Source of the DNA: a virus
Virus record (IMG/VR): IMGVR_UViG_3300036770_005874
Location: 5,073 to 69,072 of that record
Direction: 5' to 3' (one strand)
DNA: 64,000 nt
The notes below the pieces were generated by a model. The model was not told the origin of the DNA and searched no databases. It saw only the letters and a list, made by a program, of their open reading frames with translations. The position numbers were made by a program, and so were the translations under genes. Positions within the stretch are counted from its first letter, which is position 1, and every line of letters starts with the position of its first letter. Positions 18,106 to 28,185 of this stretch are shown here, in pieces.

Positions 18106-18393
18106 ATGCTCAAGCGCCACCTGTCTCTCGCTGTAGCCCTGTCTCTGGCCTGCGGCCTTGCTTTCGCCGAACCGGAGGATGTCCGTCCGTTACCGGCAGC
18201 GGTGTGCTACTCCACCGCCCAGGATCTCGCCGATGCCGGCGGTGCCCGGCTGGTGCCTGCGATGTTCCTGGTGCCCTCGATCGAGGACTACCGCCATCCG
18301 GCAATGCGCAGCGACATGCGTGTGGCCAGCGCCGGCCTGGTGTTCGAGCAGGTGAGCATGCTGGAGGCCCCGCCGGGCAGTATCTGGCTGTAA
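18106..18393 (+). CDS. Small exported hypothetical protein
   Basis: Signal peptide ending AFA; GAGG RBS. Confidence 0.65.
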   Translation: MLKRHLSLAVALSLACGLAFAEPEDVRPLPAAVCYSTAQDLADAGGARLVPAMFLVPSIEDYRHPAMRSDMRVASAGLVFEQVSMLEAPPGSIWL

Positions 18394-18397
18394 AGAG

Positions 18398-18428
18398 AGA
18401 AGCCCGCTTAGTGCGGGCTTCTTGTTTT
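18398..18428. terminator. Bidirectional terminator
   Basis: AGAAGCCCGC-TTAGT-GCGGGCTTCT. Confidence 0.75.
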
Positions 18429-18441
18429 GCAGAAGACGGCC

Positions 18442-18714
18442 TTAGTAGCTCGGATGGATAGAGGCTAAGCCTTCGCCGCGCGATATCCACGTCTCCTCGG
18501 GAGCGTTGGGTGAGGGCATCAGGAATACCTCGACAGGTTTGCCCTCTGCAGGATCTGCCGGCTTTATGCGGGCGTAGCGGTAGGGCGTATGACCGTGATC
18601 AGTTGTCCAGGTACTCTCGGAGCGGTGGAAGTCCCAGATGCCGCTGCCAGCTGCCTCGCTGAGCTTCCGATCCAGTTTCAGCGCCCAGCCTGTGGCCAGT
18701 TTGATCATCAGCAT
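18442..18714 (-). CDS. Hypothetical protein (moron)
   Basis: GGAG RBS; plausible composition. Confidence 0.65.
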   Translation of the reverse strand: MLMIKLATGWALKLDRKLSEAAGSGIWDFHRSESTWTTDHGHTPYRYARIKPADPAEGKPVEVFLMPSPNAPEETWISRGEGLASIHPSY

Positions 18715-18847
18715 GGGTTGGTCTCCGAGATGCTGTATGGCGCCGCATTGTACCGGGCAGATAGGCCAAATGTTGCATTGATCCTGTGCTGCGTAGTATC
18801 AGGTTCAAAGGAACACCACATTTGGCTGGGCATATGGGAGGGTGGCA

Positions 18848-19450
18848 ATGCCGCTGATCAATCAAGACTCAATCGACTTGCTCAAGCAGGATGGAGCTAC
18901 AGTTGCCGGAATCAGGGCAACGGTAGCGAGCAGTGATCTAATTGTGTTCTCCGCCAAGCAACAAGGAATCGCTGAGCTAGTGCGTGTCGATCCAAATGAT
19001 CTGTTGGTCAGAAAGACGTCTGTAGGCGAAGAGACTTACCAGGTAATCGATCCTGTGTTCTATGAGCAGGGTCTCGGGCCCAGGGGAGCGCACTACCAAT
19101 GCAAAGTGAAGAAGCTTGGGTTGCCCGAAGCTACCGCTGCGATCCAACACATCACCTACAACGTAAGCGGTCCGAATGCTCGAGTGAATGTAAATTCAAC
19201 GGACAACTCGACCAACATCGCCAATATCGATTCACAGGTAGATCAGCACATTGGTGACCTGCGAGAAGCAATCAACACCTCCGGGTTGAATGCTGAGCAG
19301 ATGCGCGAGGCGCTGGAGATAGTCGACGCAGTAAAGGCTCAATTTGAAGCTGGTAAGCCGAAGCGGTCAGTTGTGATGGCTATGCTCTCGGCCATTCCAG
19401 CCGTAGGCAAAATCGCTGCCGCAATCACAGCTCTTATCAGTATTCTCTGA
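18848..19450 (+). CDS. Hypothetical protein with N/S/T/V-rich central motif (moron)
   Basis: GGAGG RBS; lower GC. Confidence 0.75.
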   Translation: MPLINQDSIDLLKQDGATVAGIRATVASSDLIVFSAKQQGIAELVRVDPNDLLVRKTSVGEETYQVIDPVFYEQGLGPRGAHYQCKVKKLGLPEATAAIQHITYNVSGPNARVNVNSTDNSTNIANIDSQVDQHIGDLREAINTSGLNAEQMREALEIVDAVKAQFEAGKPKRSVVMAMLSAIPAVGKIAAAITALISIL

Positions 19451-19493
19451 ACCCCCTGTAGGGTTCGACCATTAAATAGCCGGCCGGGACACT
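19451..19493 (+). promoter_or_regulatory. Late-promoter motif copy 2 (terS)
   Basis: ACCCCCTGTAGGGTT-22bp-GACACT. Confidence 0.8.
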
Positions 19494-19500
19494 CCCGGCC

Positions 19501-20349
19501 ATGGCCACCAAATCCCCGGGCGCAAAGCCCACCTCTCCGAAGAGCAAGAAACCGGCTACCAAGCCCAAGGCTGCCGGCAAATCTGCTCGTCCGCGCAATT
19601 CCGTAAAGGTCCAGAACGCCGAGGTCGCGCTGACGCCCCTGCAGGCGCGCTTCGTCGAGGAGTACCTGGTCGACCTGAACGCGACTCAGGCAGCTATCCG
19701 AGCTGGATACAGCAAGAACACAGCTGCCGAGCAGGGCTACGAGAACCTGAGAAAACCTCAGATCGTCGCCGCCATCGCAGAAGCACGCCAGCGCCAGCAG
19801 GAAAGAACCGAGATCACCGCCGACCGGGTGCTGCGAGAAGCATGGAATCAGGTGACTGCTGACGCCCGCGAGTTGACCCAGCTGCGCATCGGCTGCTGCC
19901 ACTTCTGCCACGGTTTCGAGCATCGCTGGCAGCGCACGGACAATGAGTACGAGGCCGATCTGGCGCTGTGGGAGGCCGACGCCAGCCTGGACAAGGGTGA
20001 GTTCAACGAGAAAGGCGGCCCTGGCTTCAATCCGAACGCAGAGCCGCACCCTGATTGCCCGGAATGCGCAGGCGACGGCATTCCGCGCGTTGTGCTGATG
20101 GACACGGCCAACCTGTCGCCAGCGGCTCGCTCGCTGTTCGCCGGCGTTAAGCAGACGAAGTTCGGCATCGAGGTGATGACGCACAGCAAGGACGCGGCCA
20201 TGGAAAAGCTGTTCAAGCACCTGGGCCTTTACGAGAAGGACAACCAGCAGCGCGTCGACCCGCTGGCCAGCCTGCTGCACACGATTGCCAGCGGCAACTC
20301 CAATGGCTTCAAGCCAGTTGCCCGCGATCCTGAGCATGACGAGGGCTGA
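19501..20349 (+). CDS. terS: Terminase small subunit
   Basis: FVEEYLVDLNATQAAIRAGYS motif. Confidence 0.92.
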   Translation: MATKSPGAKPTSPKSKKPATKPKAAGKSARPRNSVKVQNAEVALTPLQARFVEEYLVDLNATQAAIRAGYSKNTAAEQGYENLRKPQIVAAIAEARQRQQERTEITADRVLREAWNQVTADARELTQLRIGCCHFCHGFEHRWQRTDNEYEADLALWEADASLDKGEFNEKGGPGFNPNAEPHPDCPECAGDGIPRVVLMDTANLSPAARSLFAGVKQTKFGIEVMTHSKDAAMEKLFKHLGLYEKDNQQRVDPLASLLHTIASGNSNGFKPVARDPEHDEG

Positions 20350-20352
20350 CCT

Positions 20353-21969
20353 GTGGCTGCGCAGGTGGTGAGCCAAGAGCCGCTCAAGCCGCTTCCAGAG
20401 AATGCGGAGGAGTTGGCGCGCTGCCTGGCCGACCCAGAATGGCGCCTGTTCTCCGGCTGCCTCTACAAGATCATGATCAAGGGCGACGACAAGCTCGACG
20501 AGCACGGCAACGTGGTCGAGGAGGGCGAGTCGTTCGTGATGCCGTTCAAGCCGAATCGGGCGCAGAAGCGATTCCTGAAGCGGCTCTGGCACCGTAACCT
20601 GATCCTGAAAGCTCGCCAGCTCGGTTTCACCACGCTGATCGCCATCCTCTGGCTGGATCACGCGCTGTTCAATGCCAACCAGCGCTGCGGCATCATCGCC
20701 CAGGACCGCGAGGCTGCCGAGGCGATCTTCCGCGACAAGGTGAAGTTCGCCTACGACAACCTGCCCGACGAGATCCGTGAGCGCTTTCCACTGGCGCGGG
20801 ATAGCGCGGTCGAGCTCCTGTTCGCCCACAACAACAGCTCAGTGCGCGTGGCCACCTCCATGCGTTCCGGCACGATCCACCGCCTGCACGTCTCCGAGTT
20901 CGGGAAGATCTGTGCCAAGTATCCCGATAAGGCCCAGGAAGTGGTCACTGGCTCGATCCCTGCCGTTCCAACCAACGGGGTGCTGGTGATTGAGAGCACG
21001 GCGGAAGGCCGCGACGGCGAGTTCTTCAAGATGGTGCAGATTGCCCAGAAGAACCACCGGGACAAGAAGCCGCTCACGCCGAAGGACTATCGCTTCCACT
21101 TCTACGCCTGGTGGCAGGAGCCGAACTACCGGCTGCCGAGCGTGACGGTTCCGGTCGACATGGGGCAGCACAAGTATTTCGACAAGCTCGAAGCGCTGAT
21201 GGACTGCAAGATCGACCCGGACCAGCGAGCCTGGTACGTGGCCACGAAGCAGGCCGACTTTGCTGGCAAGGAAGAGCGGATGTGGCAGGAATACCCTGGC
21301 ACGCCCGACGAAGCATTCCAGATCAGCACCGAGGGCAACTACTACGCCGAGGACATGCAGGCCATGCGCAAGCGTGGAGGCATTACCCGCGTGCCAGTCC
21401 TCGACCTGCCGGTGAATACCTTCTGGGATATCGGCAACAGCGATGGCTGCGCGGTCTGGTTCCAGCAGGAGCTGCGCGGCGAGGACCGGTTCGTCGACTA
21501 CTACGAGGAGCATGGCAAGGATCTGCGCCACTACGCCCAGGCTCTGAAGGATCGCGGCTACCTCTATGGCACGCACTACCTGCCGCATGACGCAGCACAT
21601 AAGCGCCTGGGCGACTACAACCGCAGCGTTCTGGAGATGCTTCAGGACCTGCTGCCCGGGCACACCTTCATCATCGTTCCGCGGATCACCGAGCTGATCA
21701 CCGGCATCCAGCAGACCCGCAAGCACATGAAGGGCTGCTTCATCGACGAGATCGCCTGTGAAGACGGAATCAATCGCCTGGACAACTACAAGAAGAAGTT
21801 CAGCCGCGCTGAGAGCCGCTTCATCGATCACGAGCCGAACAAGGCCAACGGCTGCAGCGAGGGCGCAGATGCGTTCCGCCAGTGGGCCCAAGCCAAAGAA
21901 CTGGACATGCTTGGCAGCCCTGCCCAGCGCCGCTACGAAGAAGCCCCTGCGCCAGACTGGCGCACCTGA
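20353..21969 (+). CDS. terL: Terminase large subunit
   Basis: ILKARQLGFTT Walker A variant, HVSE, IESTAEG, WDIG nuclease motif. Confidence 0.95.
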   Translation: MAAQVVSQEPLKPLPENAEELARCLADPEWRLFSGCLYKIMIKGDDKLDEHGNVVEEGESFVMPFKPNRAQKRFLKRLWHRNLILKARQLGFTTLIAILWLDHALFNANQRCGIIAQDREAAEAIFRDKVKFAYDNLPDEIRERFPLARDSAVELLFAHNNSSVRVATSMRSGTIHRLHVSEFGKICAKYPDKAQEVVTGSIPAVPTNGVLVIESTAEGRDGEFFKMVQIAQKNHRDKKPLTPKDYRFHFYAWWQEPNYRLPSVTVPVDMGQHKYFDKLEALMDCKIDPDQRAWYVATKQADFAGKEERMWQEYPGTPDEAFQISTEGNYYAEDMQAMRKRGGITRVPVLDLPVNTFWDIGNSDGCAVWFQQELRGEDRFVDYYEEHGKDLRHYAQALKDRGYLYGTHYLPHDAAHKRLGDYNRSVLEMLQDLLPGHTFIIVPRITELITGIQQTRKHMKGCFIDEIACEDGINRLDNYKKKFSRAESRFIDHEPNKANGCSEGADAFRQWAQAKELDMLGSPAQRRYEEAPAPDWRT

Positions 21970-21980
21970 GGACACACCAG

Positions 21981-24275
21981 ATGGACGCGACCGCGATCAA
22001 GTATGCCGATCAGCAACAGGCCGACGAGCAGCCGGTAAACGAGCTGGCGCTTACCCTTGATGAGTACTCCGAGATCATGCGGGAGATCGAGGAGCAGCCG
22101 AACTGGCGTGGCACGGCGGACAAGGAAATGGACTACGCCGATGGTAACCAGCTGGCCAGCGATCTCCTGCAACGTCAGCGTGCCCTGGGCATCCCGCCGG
22201 CGGTAGAGGACCTGGTGGGGCCTGCACTCCTGTCGATCCAGGGCTATGAGACTGCCACTCGCACCGACTGGCGCGTGACTCCCGATGGCGACGTGGGCGG
22301 CCAGGATGTCGCCGATGCCCTGAACTACAAGCTGAACCAGGCCGAGCGCCACTCAAGAGCTGACCGAGCTTGCAGCGATGCTTTCCGTCCGCAGATCGGC
22401 ATTGGCGTGGGATTCGTCGAGGTGAAGCGCGAGAGCGACCCCTTCAAGTTTCCCTATCGCTGCGTTGCAGTGCACCGCAATGAGCTGCATTGGGACTTTG
22501 CAGCGCTGGAGGATGATCTGAGCGATGCGCGGTGGCTTCGCCGGCAGCGCTGGCTACGGCCTGAGCGCATTGCCCGGGTCTTTCCGCAGCATGCTGATCT
22601 GATCAAGGCAATCGGCCGGAGCGGCGCCACCTGGTGGCTGGATGACCCGATTGGCAGCAATGACGGTGGCAACTCCACCGGTCTCCAGAATGCGTGGGCA
22701 GAGGCCCGCACGTGGACCGTTCAGGAGGAGCGCTGGTACAACCCGACGTCGAAGGAGGTATGCCTGGCTGAGGTCTGGTACCGCCGCTGGGTCGATGTCG
22801 GCGTGATCACGACACCGGACGGAAGGGTGGTCGAGTACGACCCGGCCAACATGGCCCACGCAGTGGCCCTGGCTAGCGGCCGGGCGGAGTTCAGCATGGC
22901 TGTCGTCGCCCGGGTGCGCCGCAGCTACTGGCTTGGCCCTCACTGTCTGCATGATGGGCCGACCCCCTACAGCCATCGCCACTTCCCCTACGTCCCGTTC
23001 TGGGGTTTCCGCGAGGACAGCACCAGGGTTCCCTATGGGTACGTGCGCGGCATGATCTACCCGCAGGACAGCCTCAACAGCGGTATCAGCAAGCTGCGCT
23101 GGGGCATGGCATCTGTGCGTACAGAGCGCACGAAAGGCGCCGTGGATATGACCGATGCTCAGTTCCGCAACCAGATTGGCCGTGTAGACGCCGATATCGT
23201 GCTGAACGCCGATCACTTCCGAAACAATCCTGGCGCTCGCTTCCAGGTACACCGCGACTTCCAGCTCAATCAGCAGCAGTTCCAGATGATGCAAGACAAT
23301 CGGTCGGCGATTCAGCGCGTATCGGCGGTGACCAGCGGCTTCATGGGCAAGCAGGGCAATGCCACCAGCGGCCGGCAGGAGCAGATGCAGATCGAGCAGA
23401 GCAACCAGTCTCTGGCGCGGATGATGGACAACTTCCGGGCTGCCAGGACCATGGTCGGCGAGCTGCTGCTGTCGATGATCGTCGAGGACCTGGGCGACAA
23501 GGAGGCCACCATCATCATCGAGGGTGATGCCGTCCGCGCCGATCGTGCAGTGGTGATCAACAAGCCGGAGCAGGACCCGGCCGGCTACAGCTACCTGTCC
23601 AATGACCTGCAGCGCACTCGCCTGAAGGTGGCGCTCGAGGATGTTCCCAGCACCACCAGCTATCGCGGTCAGCAGCTCAGCGCCCTTTCCGAGGCGGTCA
23701 AATCGCTGCCGGCTCAGTACCAGGCCGCCGCCATGCCCTACCTGGTCAGCCTCATGGACGTGCCGTTCAAGCGCGACGTGGTCGAGGCTATCCGCGCCGC
23801 CGGCGAGCAGGAGAGTCCCGAGGCGATCGAGAAGCGCATTCAGGAGCGTGTGCGCCAAGAACTGGCCAACGCTGGCATGGAGGTGAAGCTGCGGGAGGTG
23901 GCGCTCAAGGAGAAGCGCAGTGAAGCAGAGATCGAGATGATGCTGGCCAAGGCTGTGCAGATCGGCGTACAGACGGCGTACTCGGCCATGCAGGGCGGCG
24001 CCCAGGTCGCTCAGATGCCGATGATCGCGCCCATCGCGGACGAGATCATGAAGGGCGCAGGCTTCCAGCAGAAGAAGGGCGATGACCCGAACTTCCCGCT
24101 ACCCGACCAGCAGGCGGCGATGAACATCAAGTCGCCTTACATCCAGGGTGAGGGGCTGGCGGCGGAGGCGGTTGAGGTGCGTGAGAACACCAGTCCGGCG
24201 TCGCCGCCGGTGCCGGCTTTAGGAATGAATGGCATAGAGACGGCAACAGCTGCGGACAACCTGGAAAGCCGCTGA
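21981..24275 (+). CDS. Portal protein (P22-like)
   Basis: Position and size; DYADGNQ, FPYVPFWG, ATSG motifs. Confidence 0.88.
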   Translation: MDATAIKYADQQQADEQPVNELALTLDEYSEIMREIEEQPNWRGTADKEMDYADGNQLASDLLQRQRALGIPPAVEDLVGPALLSIQGYETATRTDWRVTPDGDVGGQDVADALNYKLNQAERHSRADRACSDAFRPQIGIGVGFVEVKRESDPFKFPYRCVAVHRNELHWDFAALEDDLSDARWLRRQRWLRPERIARVFPQHADLIKAIGRSGATWWLDDPIGSNDGGNSTGLQNAWAEARTWTVQEERWYNPTSKEVCLAEVWYRRWVDVGVITTPDGRVVEYDPANMAHAVALASGRAEFSMAVVARVRRSYWLGPHCLHDGPTPYSHRHFPYVPFWGFREDSTRVPYGYVRGMIYPQDSLNSGISKLRWGMASVRTERTKGAVDMTDAQFRNQIGRVDADIVLNADHFRNNPGARFQVHRDFQLNQQQFQMMQDNRSAIQRVSAVTSGFMGKQGNATSGRQEQMQIEQSNQSLARMMDNFRAARTMVGELLLSMIVEDLGDKEATIIIEGDAVRADRAVVINKPEQDPAGYSYLSNDLQRTRLKVALEDVPSTTSYRGQQLSALSEAVKSLPAQYQAAAMPYLVSLMDVPFKRDVVEAIRAAGEQESPEAIEKRIQERVRQELANAGMEVKLREVALKEKRSEAEIEMMLAKAVQIGVQTAYSAMQGGAQVAQMPMIAPIADEIMKGAGFQQKKGDDPNFPLPDQQAAMNIKSPYIQGEGLAAEAVEVRENTSPASPPVPALGMNGIETATAADNLESR

Positions 24276-24316
24276 TGTCGTGATAGCATTCTGTGATCCA
24301 GTACAGGGAAGTGCCG

Positions 24317-24694
24317 ATGCCAACAGATCTCCCACCATTATCAGCCTCCGAGCGTGCAAGCCTGATTTTTAATCTACGCACCATATTGAGTATCAGGGCG
24401 GAGTGCGAAGAAGACCCTTGCATCACCTACAGCGATCTCGTCAATGAACTGCCGTTCGACATCGCTCCGAGCGATAAGCGCTTTCATGATCTGCTGGATC
24501 AGCTTTCAGTTGAGGAATATCACTCTGGCCGGGGCTTGCTCTCAGTTCTAGTTGTGCAGAAAGACAGTCGGTTACCTGGCCCTGGTTTCTTTGCGATAGC
24601 CCGATTTTGCGGTGAGCGCTTTGATGATGAGCGAAAGTTTTTCGAATTGGCGAAGCAGCAAGTGCTCGATTACTACCGAGGTGAGCGATGCTAG
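24317..24694 (+). CDS. Hypothetical protein (moron gene 1)
   Basis: ITYSDL...GRGLLSVLVVQK...PGPGFF; low GC. Confidence 0.75.
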   Translation: MPTDLPPLSASERASLIFNLRTILSIRAECEEDPCITYSDLVNELPFDIAPSDKRFHDLLDQLSVEEYHSGRGLLSVLVVQKDSRLPGPGFFAIARFCGERFDDERKFFELAKQQVLDYYRGERC

Positions 24695-25569
24695 AGAAAA
24701 TCGGGCATATCAAAAATCCGCTCACGGTCATTGCGATGTTCGCGGGTATAGCTGAAGTCAGCGGAGCTGTGGCACTTCCGTTTCTCAAGCCAGAAGTGCA
24801 GGGCACCTATGTCTGGTTCCTAATGCTTTTTCCCTTTTTTCTGGTAGGTGTGTTCTTTATTGTCTTGTGGCGACGGCACCACGTCCTTTACGCACCATCC
24901 GACTTCCAGAATGAGCAGCTTTTCGCTGATTTGTTCCGCCCTACGAAAACCGAACTTACGCCAGCAAATGCTATGCAGCAGGTCATAGTAGAAGAGGAGA
25001 GTGTGCCTAGATTCTCTGTAGTCTCTGGGGCGGGTGAGGATGAGAAAGTAGTTGAAGATGCTTCTGCCGAAGCCTCTGCAAGGCTTGAGGAAGTCGAAAT
25101 TCTTGAAGAGCAGCTAGATCGAATTAAGCGCTTGCGCTCCAATGGTGATGTGTTATTGCGGCGCATTGAGAGGAGGCGGCTTGCATCTATTGCACTGAGC
25201 AGGCTCTCCAATGAGAGTGGCTTATTGTTTGCTCCAAACGTCGAGTTAAAGAGCGTGCCAGGAGTGGTGTTCGACGGCGCATGTCTGCTGCCTAATTCTG
25301 AACGTGTTGTTCAGATATATTGGTTTGGGAAACACACTAAAGTGTTGCCATCGATAAATTCCTATGAAAATGTGATGAAGCTCTACTCTGGTTTGGATTT
25401 ACATGCGAAAGCCAACTTCGTTTTTATTCTTGTGGTTCTAGAGGAAAAAACCGATGCGGGGCGTTATTTCAAATCGAAAATGAAAATGTATGCCGAGGCA
25501 TATCCTTTTAAGGTTGAGTTTGTAACGTACGCCATTAGTGATCTGGTGAACTACGACTTGATTGAGTGA
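24688..25569 (+). CDS. 2-TM membrane protein (moron gene 2)
   Basis: IKNPLTVIAMFAG...LYAPSDF N-terminus; overlaps previous gene; low GC. Confidence 0.8.
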   Translation: MLEKIGHIKNPLTVIAMFAGIAEVSGAVALPFLKPEVQGTYVWFLMLFPFFLVGVFFIVLWRRHHVLYAPSDFQNEQLFADLFRPTKTELTPANAMQQVIVEEESVPRFSVVSGAGEDEKVVEDASAEASARLEEVEILEEQLDRIKRLRSNGDVLLRRIERRRLASIALSRLSNESGLLFAPNVELKSVPGVVFDGACLLPNSERVVQIYWFGKHTKVLPSINSYENVMKLYSGLDLHAKANFVFILVVLEEKTDAGRYFKSKMKMYAEAYPFKVEFVTYAISDLVNYDLIE

Positions 25570-25610
25570 TGTCCCCTGGGCCTGGTGCAACGCCGGGTCA
25601 TTTGATTTTG

Positions 25611-25653
25611 ACCCCCTGTAGGGTTTTTGCTTTTTCCTCCCCCTCTCGACACT
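25611..25653 (+). promoter_or_regulatory. Late-promoter motif copy 3 (scaffold/capsid)
   Basis: ACCCCCTGTAGGGTT-22bp-GACACT. Confidence 0.8.
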
Positions 25654-25751
25654 CGTTGGCAAGTTGAGCCACCCGCTCAACGATGCGCAGGGCGGCGACG
25701 CCTTGCACCTGCTGAACCCCTGCGGCCACGGCGATATGTGGCGGGACAAGC

Positions 25752-26801
25752 ATGAATCCAAGCGAGTTTATCCAGCAGCACGCACCTGAAGGTGAGATGA
25801 CCGCAGCACAGGCCGCACAGCTCCTTGAGCTGGTGGACCAGGGCGATACCGGCGCCGAATCGCCGGAACAAGGCAGCGCGCCCGACGCCGCCCCTGCCGC
25901 TGCAGCACCGGAAGCCGTGCAGGCAACCACGAACGAACAGAACACCGATGGCGCCGCGCCGTCGACCGAAACGGAACCGGACCCGGCGAAAGCCGTTCTC
26001 CTGGCCAAGGACGGTATCCACACCATCCCCTACGAGCGGTTGGTAGAGGCGCGGCAGGGCAAGCAGGTAGCCGAGATGCAGGCGCAGGAAGCGCTGCAGA
26101 AGCTACAAGCGAAAGAGCAGGAGCTGAACGCGCTCCGGCAGCAGGCACAGCAGCGGGCGGACGCAGGGATTGCGCCCACCAGCACCGACCAGAACCTGGC
26201 CGCAGCGGAAGCGGCGATCGAGGCCGGTGTTGACCCTGACCTCTTCGGGGATTTCTCCGAGGAGGCGCTGGCCAAGGGCATCCGGAAGCTGGTCAGCATG
26301 GATCTGCCGAAGCTGGTGGAGCAACTGGTCCAGAAGCAGCTGGAGCCGTTGCACCAGGAGCGCCAGGAAAGTGTGCACGACGCGCACGCCAAGGCACTTT
26401 ACGAGGCACACCCGGACCTCGACTCCATTGTGGAAAGCAAGGAGTTGCAGGACTGGGTCGCCAGCCAGCCGAGCTACGCCCGCCCCGGTATCGAGCAGGT
26501 GCTCAAGGAAGGCACCACTGACCAGGTCATCGAACTGTTCAATTCGTTCAAGGAAGCCACTGGAAAAGCTCAGGCAGCCGCGCCGACGCCCTCTGTCGAG
26601 AGCGTGAAGGCAGCTGCCGCTAAAGCTGTCGCTGCGGCTAAGCCGCCTATTCCTGCAAGCCTCACGGACATTCCGGGTGGCACGCCAGGTCCGGCAACTG
26701 GCCATGAAGCGTTGGCGAACCTAAGCGCCGTCGATCAGCTGGAGGCCCTGGCGGGCAAGACTCCCGAGCAGATCGAGGCATGGCTCAACCGGAGCCTCTG
26801 A
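25752..26801 (+). CDS. Putative scaffolding protein
   Basis: Acidic/coiled-coil, TIPYERL motif, directly before major capsid gene. Confidence 0.75.
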   Translation: MNPSEFIQQHAPEGEMTAAQAAQLLELVDQGDTGAESPEQGSAPDAAPAAAAPEAVQATTNEQNTDGAAPSTETEPDPAKAVLLAKDGIHTIPYERLVEARQGKQVAEMQAQEALQKLQAKEQELNALRQQAQQRADAGIAPTSTDQNLAAAEAAIEAGVDPDLFGDFSEEALAKGIRKLVSMDLPKLVEQLVQKQLEPLHQERQESVHDAHAKALYEAHPDLDSIVESKELQDWVASQPSYARPGIEQVLKEGTTDQVIELFNSFKEATGKAQAAAPTPSVESVKAAAAKAVAAAKPPIPASLTDIPGGTPGPATGHEALANLSAVDQLEALAGKTPEQIEAWLNRSL

Positions 26802-26833
26802 GCTCCGGGTCCCGTTGAACAAGGAGATTTACC

Positions 26834-28126
26834 GTGTCCGACAAGACTCACATGCGCTACGGCGACCCCAAGGCAATGGTCGAGCAGGCCGTGGGCCTGT
26901 TCGCAACCCACACCCAGCGCAACACCACTCTGGCGCGTCTGACCGGCAAGATGCCGAAGGGCACCGCCGGCGCTGAGGCTACCCTGCGCAAGCAGACCAG
27001 CTCTCACATGCCCATCGTGCGTTGCCAGGACCTCAGCAAGGGCCGTGGCGACGAGGTGACCTTCCACCTGCTGAACCCCACTGGTGGCTACCCGATCATG
27101 GGCAGCGCGTATGCCGAAGGCCGCGGTGTGGGCATGAAACTGTCCGAGGACAAGCTGCGCGTGAACCAGGCGCGCTTCCCGATCGACCTCGGCGACACCA
27201 TGACCACCATCCGTAGCCCGGCTGACTTCCGCCAGCTCGGCCGTCCGGTTGCGCAGGCGAAGATGGACGCCTATGTAGACCAGAGCCTGCTGGTGCATAT
27301 GGGCGGTGCCCGGGGCTTCCACGACAACATCGAGTGGGCCATCCCCACCGAGACCCACTCGAAGTTCGCGGAGATCATGGTCAACCCGGTGAAGGCGCCG
27401 ACCAAGAACCGCCACTTCATCGCCGACGGCGGCAATGGCATCAAGCAGTTCACCGTCAATGCGGGTGAGGTGGACTTGGCCAGCACCGACCTGCTGAAGA
27501 TGGATACCGTGGACGGCATCCGCAACTTCATGGACCAGATCGCGCTGCCACCGCCCCCGGTCATCTTCGAGGGCGATGCCGCAGCCAACGACTCGCCGCT
27601 GCGTGTGCTGCTGGTATCTCCGGCCCAGTACAACCTGTTCGCCGCGGATAACAGCTTCCGCCAGCTGCAGGCGAGCGCCATGGCGCGCTCTCAGCAGGCA
27701 AAGGGGCACCCGCTGTTCCTGGGCGAGGTGGGGCTGTGGAACGGCATCCTGATCGTGAAGATGCCGAAGCCGATCCGCTTCTATGCGGGCGACACCATCC
27801 GCTACTGCGGCTCCTACGACAGCGAGAACGAGTCGACCTGCACCGTGCCGGCCGCCTTCGGCACTACCCACGCCGTCGATCGCGCCATCCTGCTGGGTGG
27901 CCAGGCGGTGGCCGAGGCAATGGCGGCCAGCGAGAAGTCCAAGATTCCGTTCTTTTGGAGCGAAAAGGAGCTGGACCACGGTGACAAGGTCGAGCTGCTG
28001 CTGGGTGCGATTCGCGGTGTGTCGAAGATCCGCTTTGCGGTGGATACCGGCAACGGCACTCAGTTCACCGACTACGGTGCCACCGTGATCGACACCGCGG
28101 TGCCGATCATCGGCGCCCGCCTGTGA
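26834..28126 (+). CDS. Major capsid protein (N4-gp56/DUF4043 type)
   Basis: DLSKGRGDEVTF, HPLFLGEVGLWNGILI, RAILLGGQA. Confidence 0.88.
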   Translation: MSDKTHMRYGDPKAMVEQAVGLFATHTQRNTTLARLTGKMPKGTAGAEATLRKQTSSHMPIVRCQDLSKGRGDEVTFHLLNPTGGYPIMGSAYAEGRGVGMKLSEDKLRVNQARFPIDLGDTMTTIRSPADFRQLGRPVAQAKMDAYVDQSLLVHMGGARGFHDNIEWAIPTETHSKFAEIMVNPVKAPTKNRHFIADGGNGIKQFTVNAGEVDLASTDLLKMDTVDGIRNFMDQIALPPPPVIFEGDAAANDSPLRVLLVSPAQYNLFAADNSFRQLQASAMARSQQAKGHPLFLGEVGLWNGILIVKMPKPIRFYAGDTIRYCGSYDSENESTCTVPAAFGTTHAVDRAILLGGQAVAEAMAASEKSKIPFFWSEKELDHGDKVELLLGAIRGVSKIRFAVDTGNGTQFTDYGATVIDTAVPIIGARL

Positions 28127-28185
28127 TGGGTTGGGCCGGCTAGTCCGGCCCGCCTTTCCATACCCAAGATCAAGGAGAGCCCATC

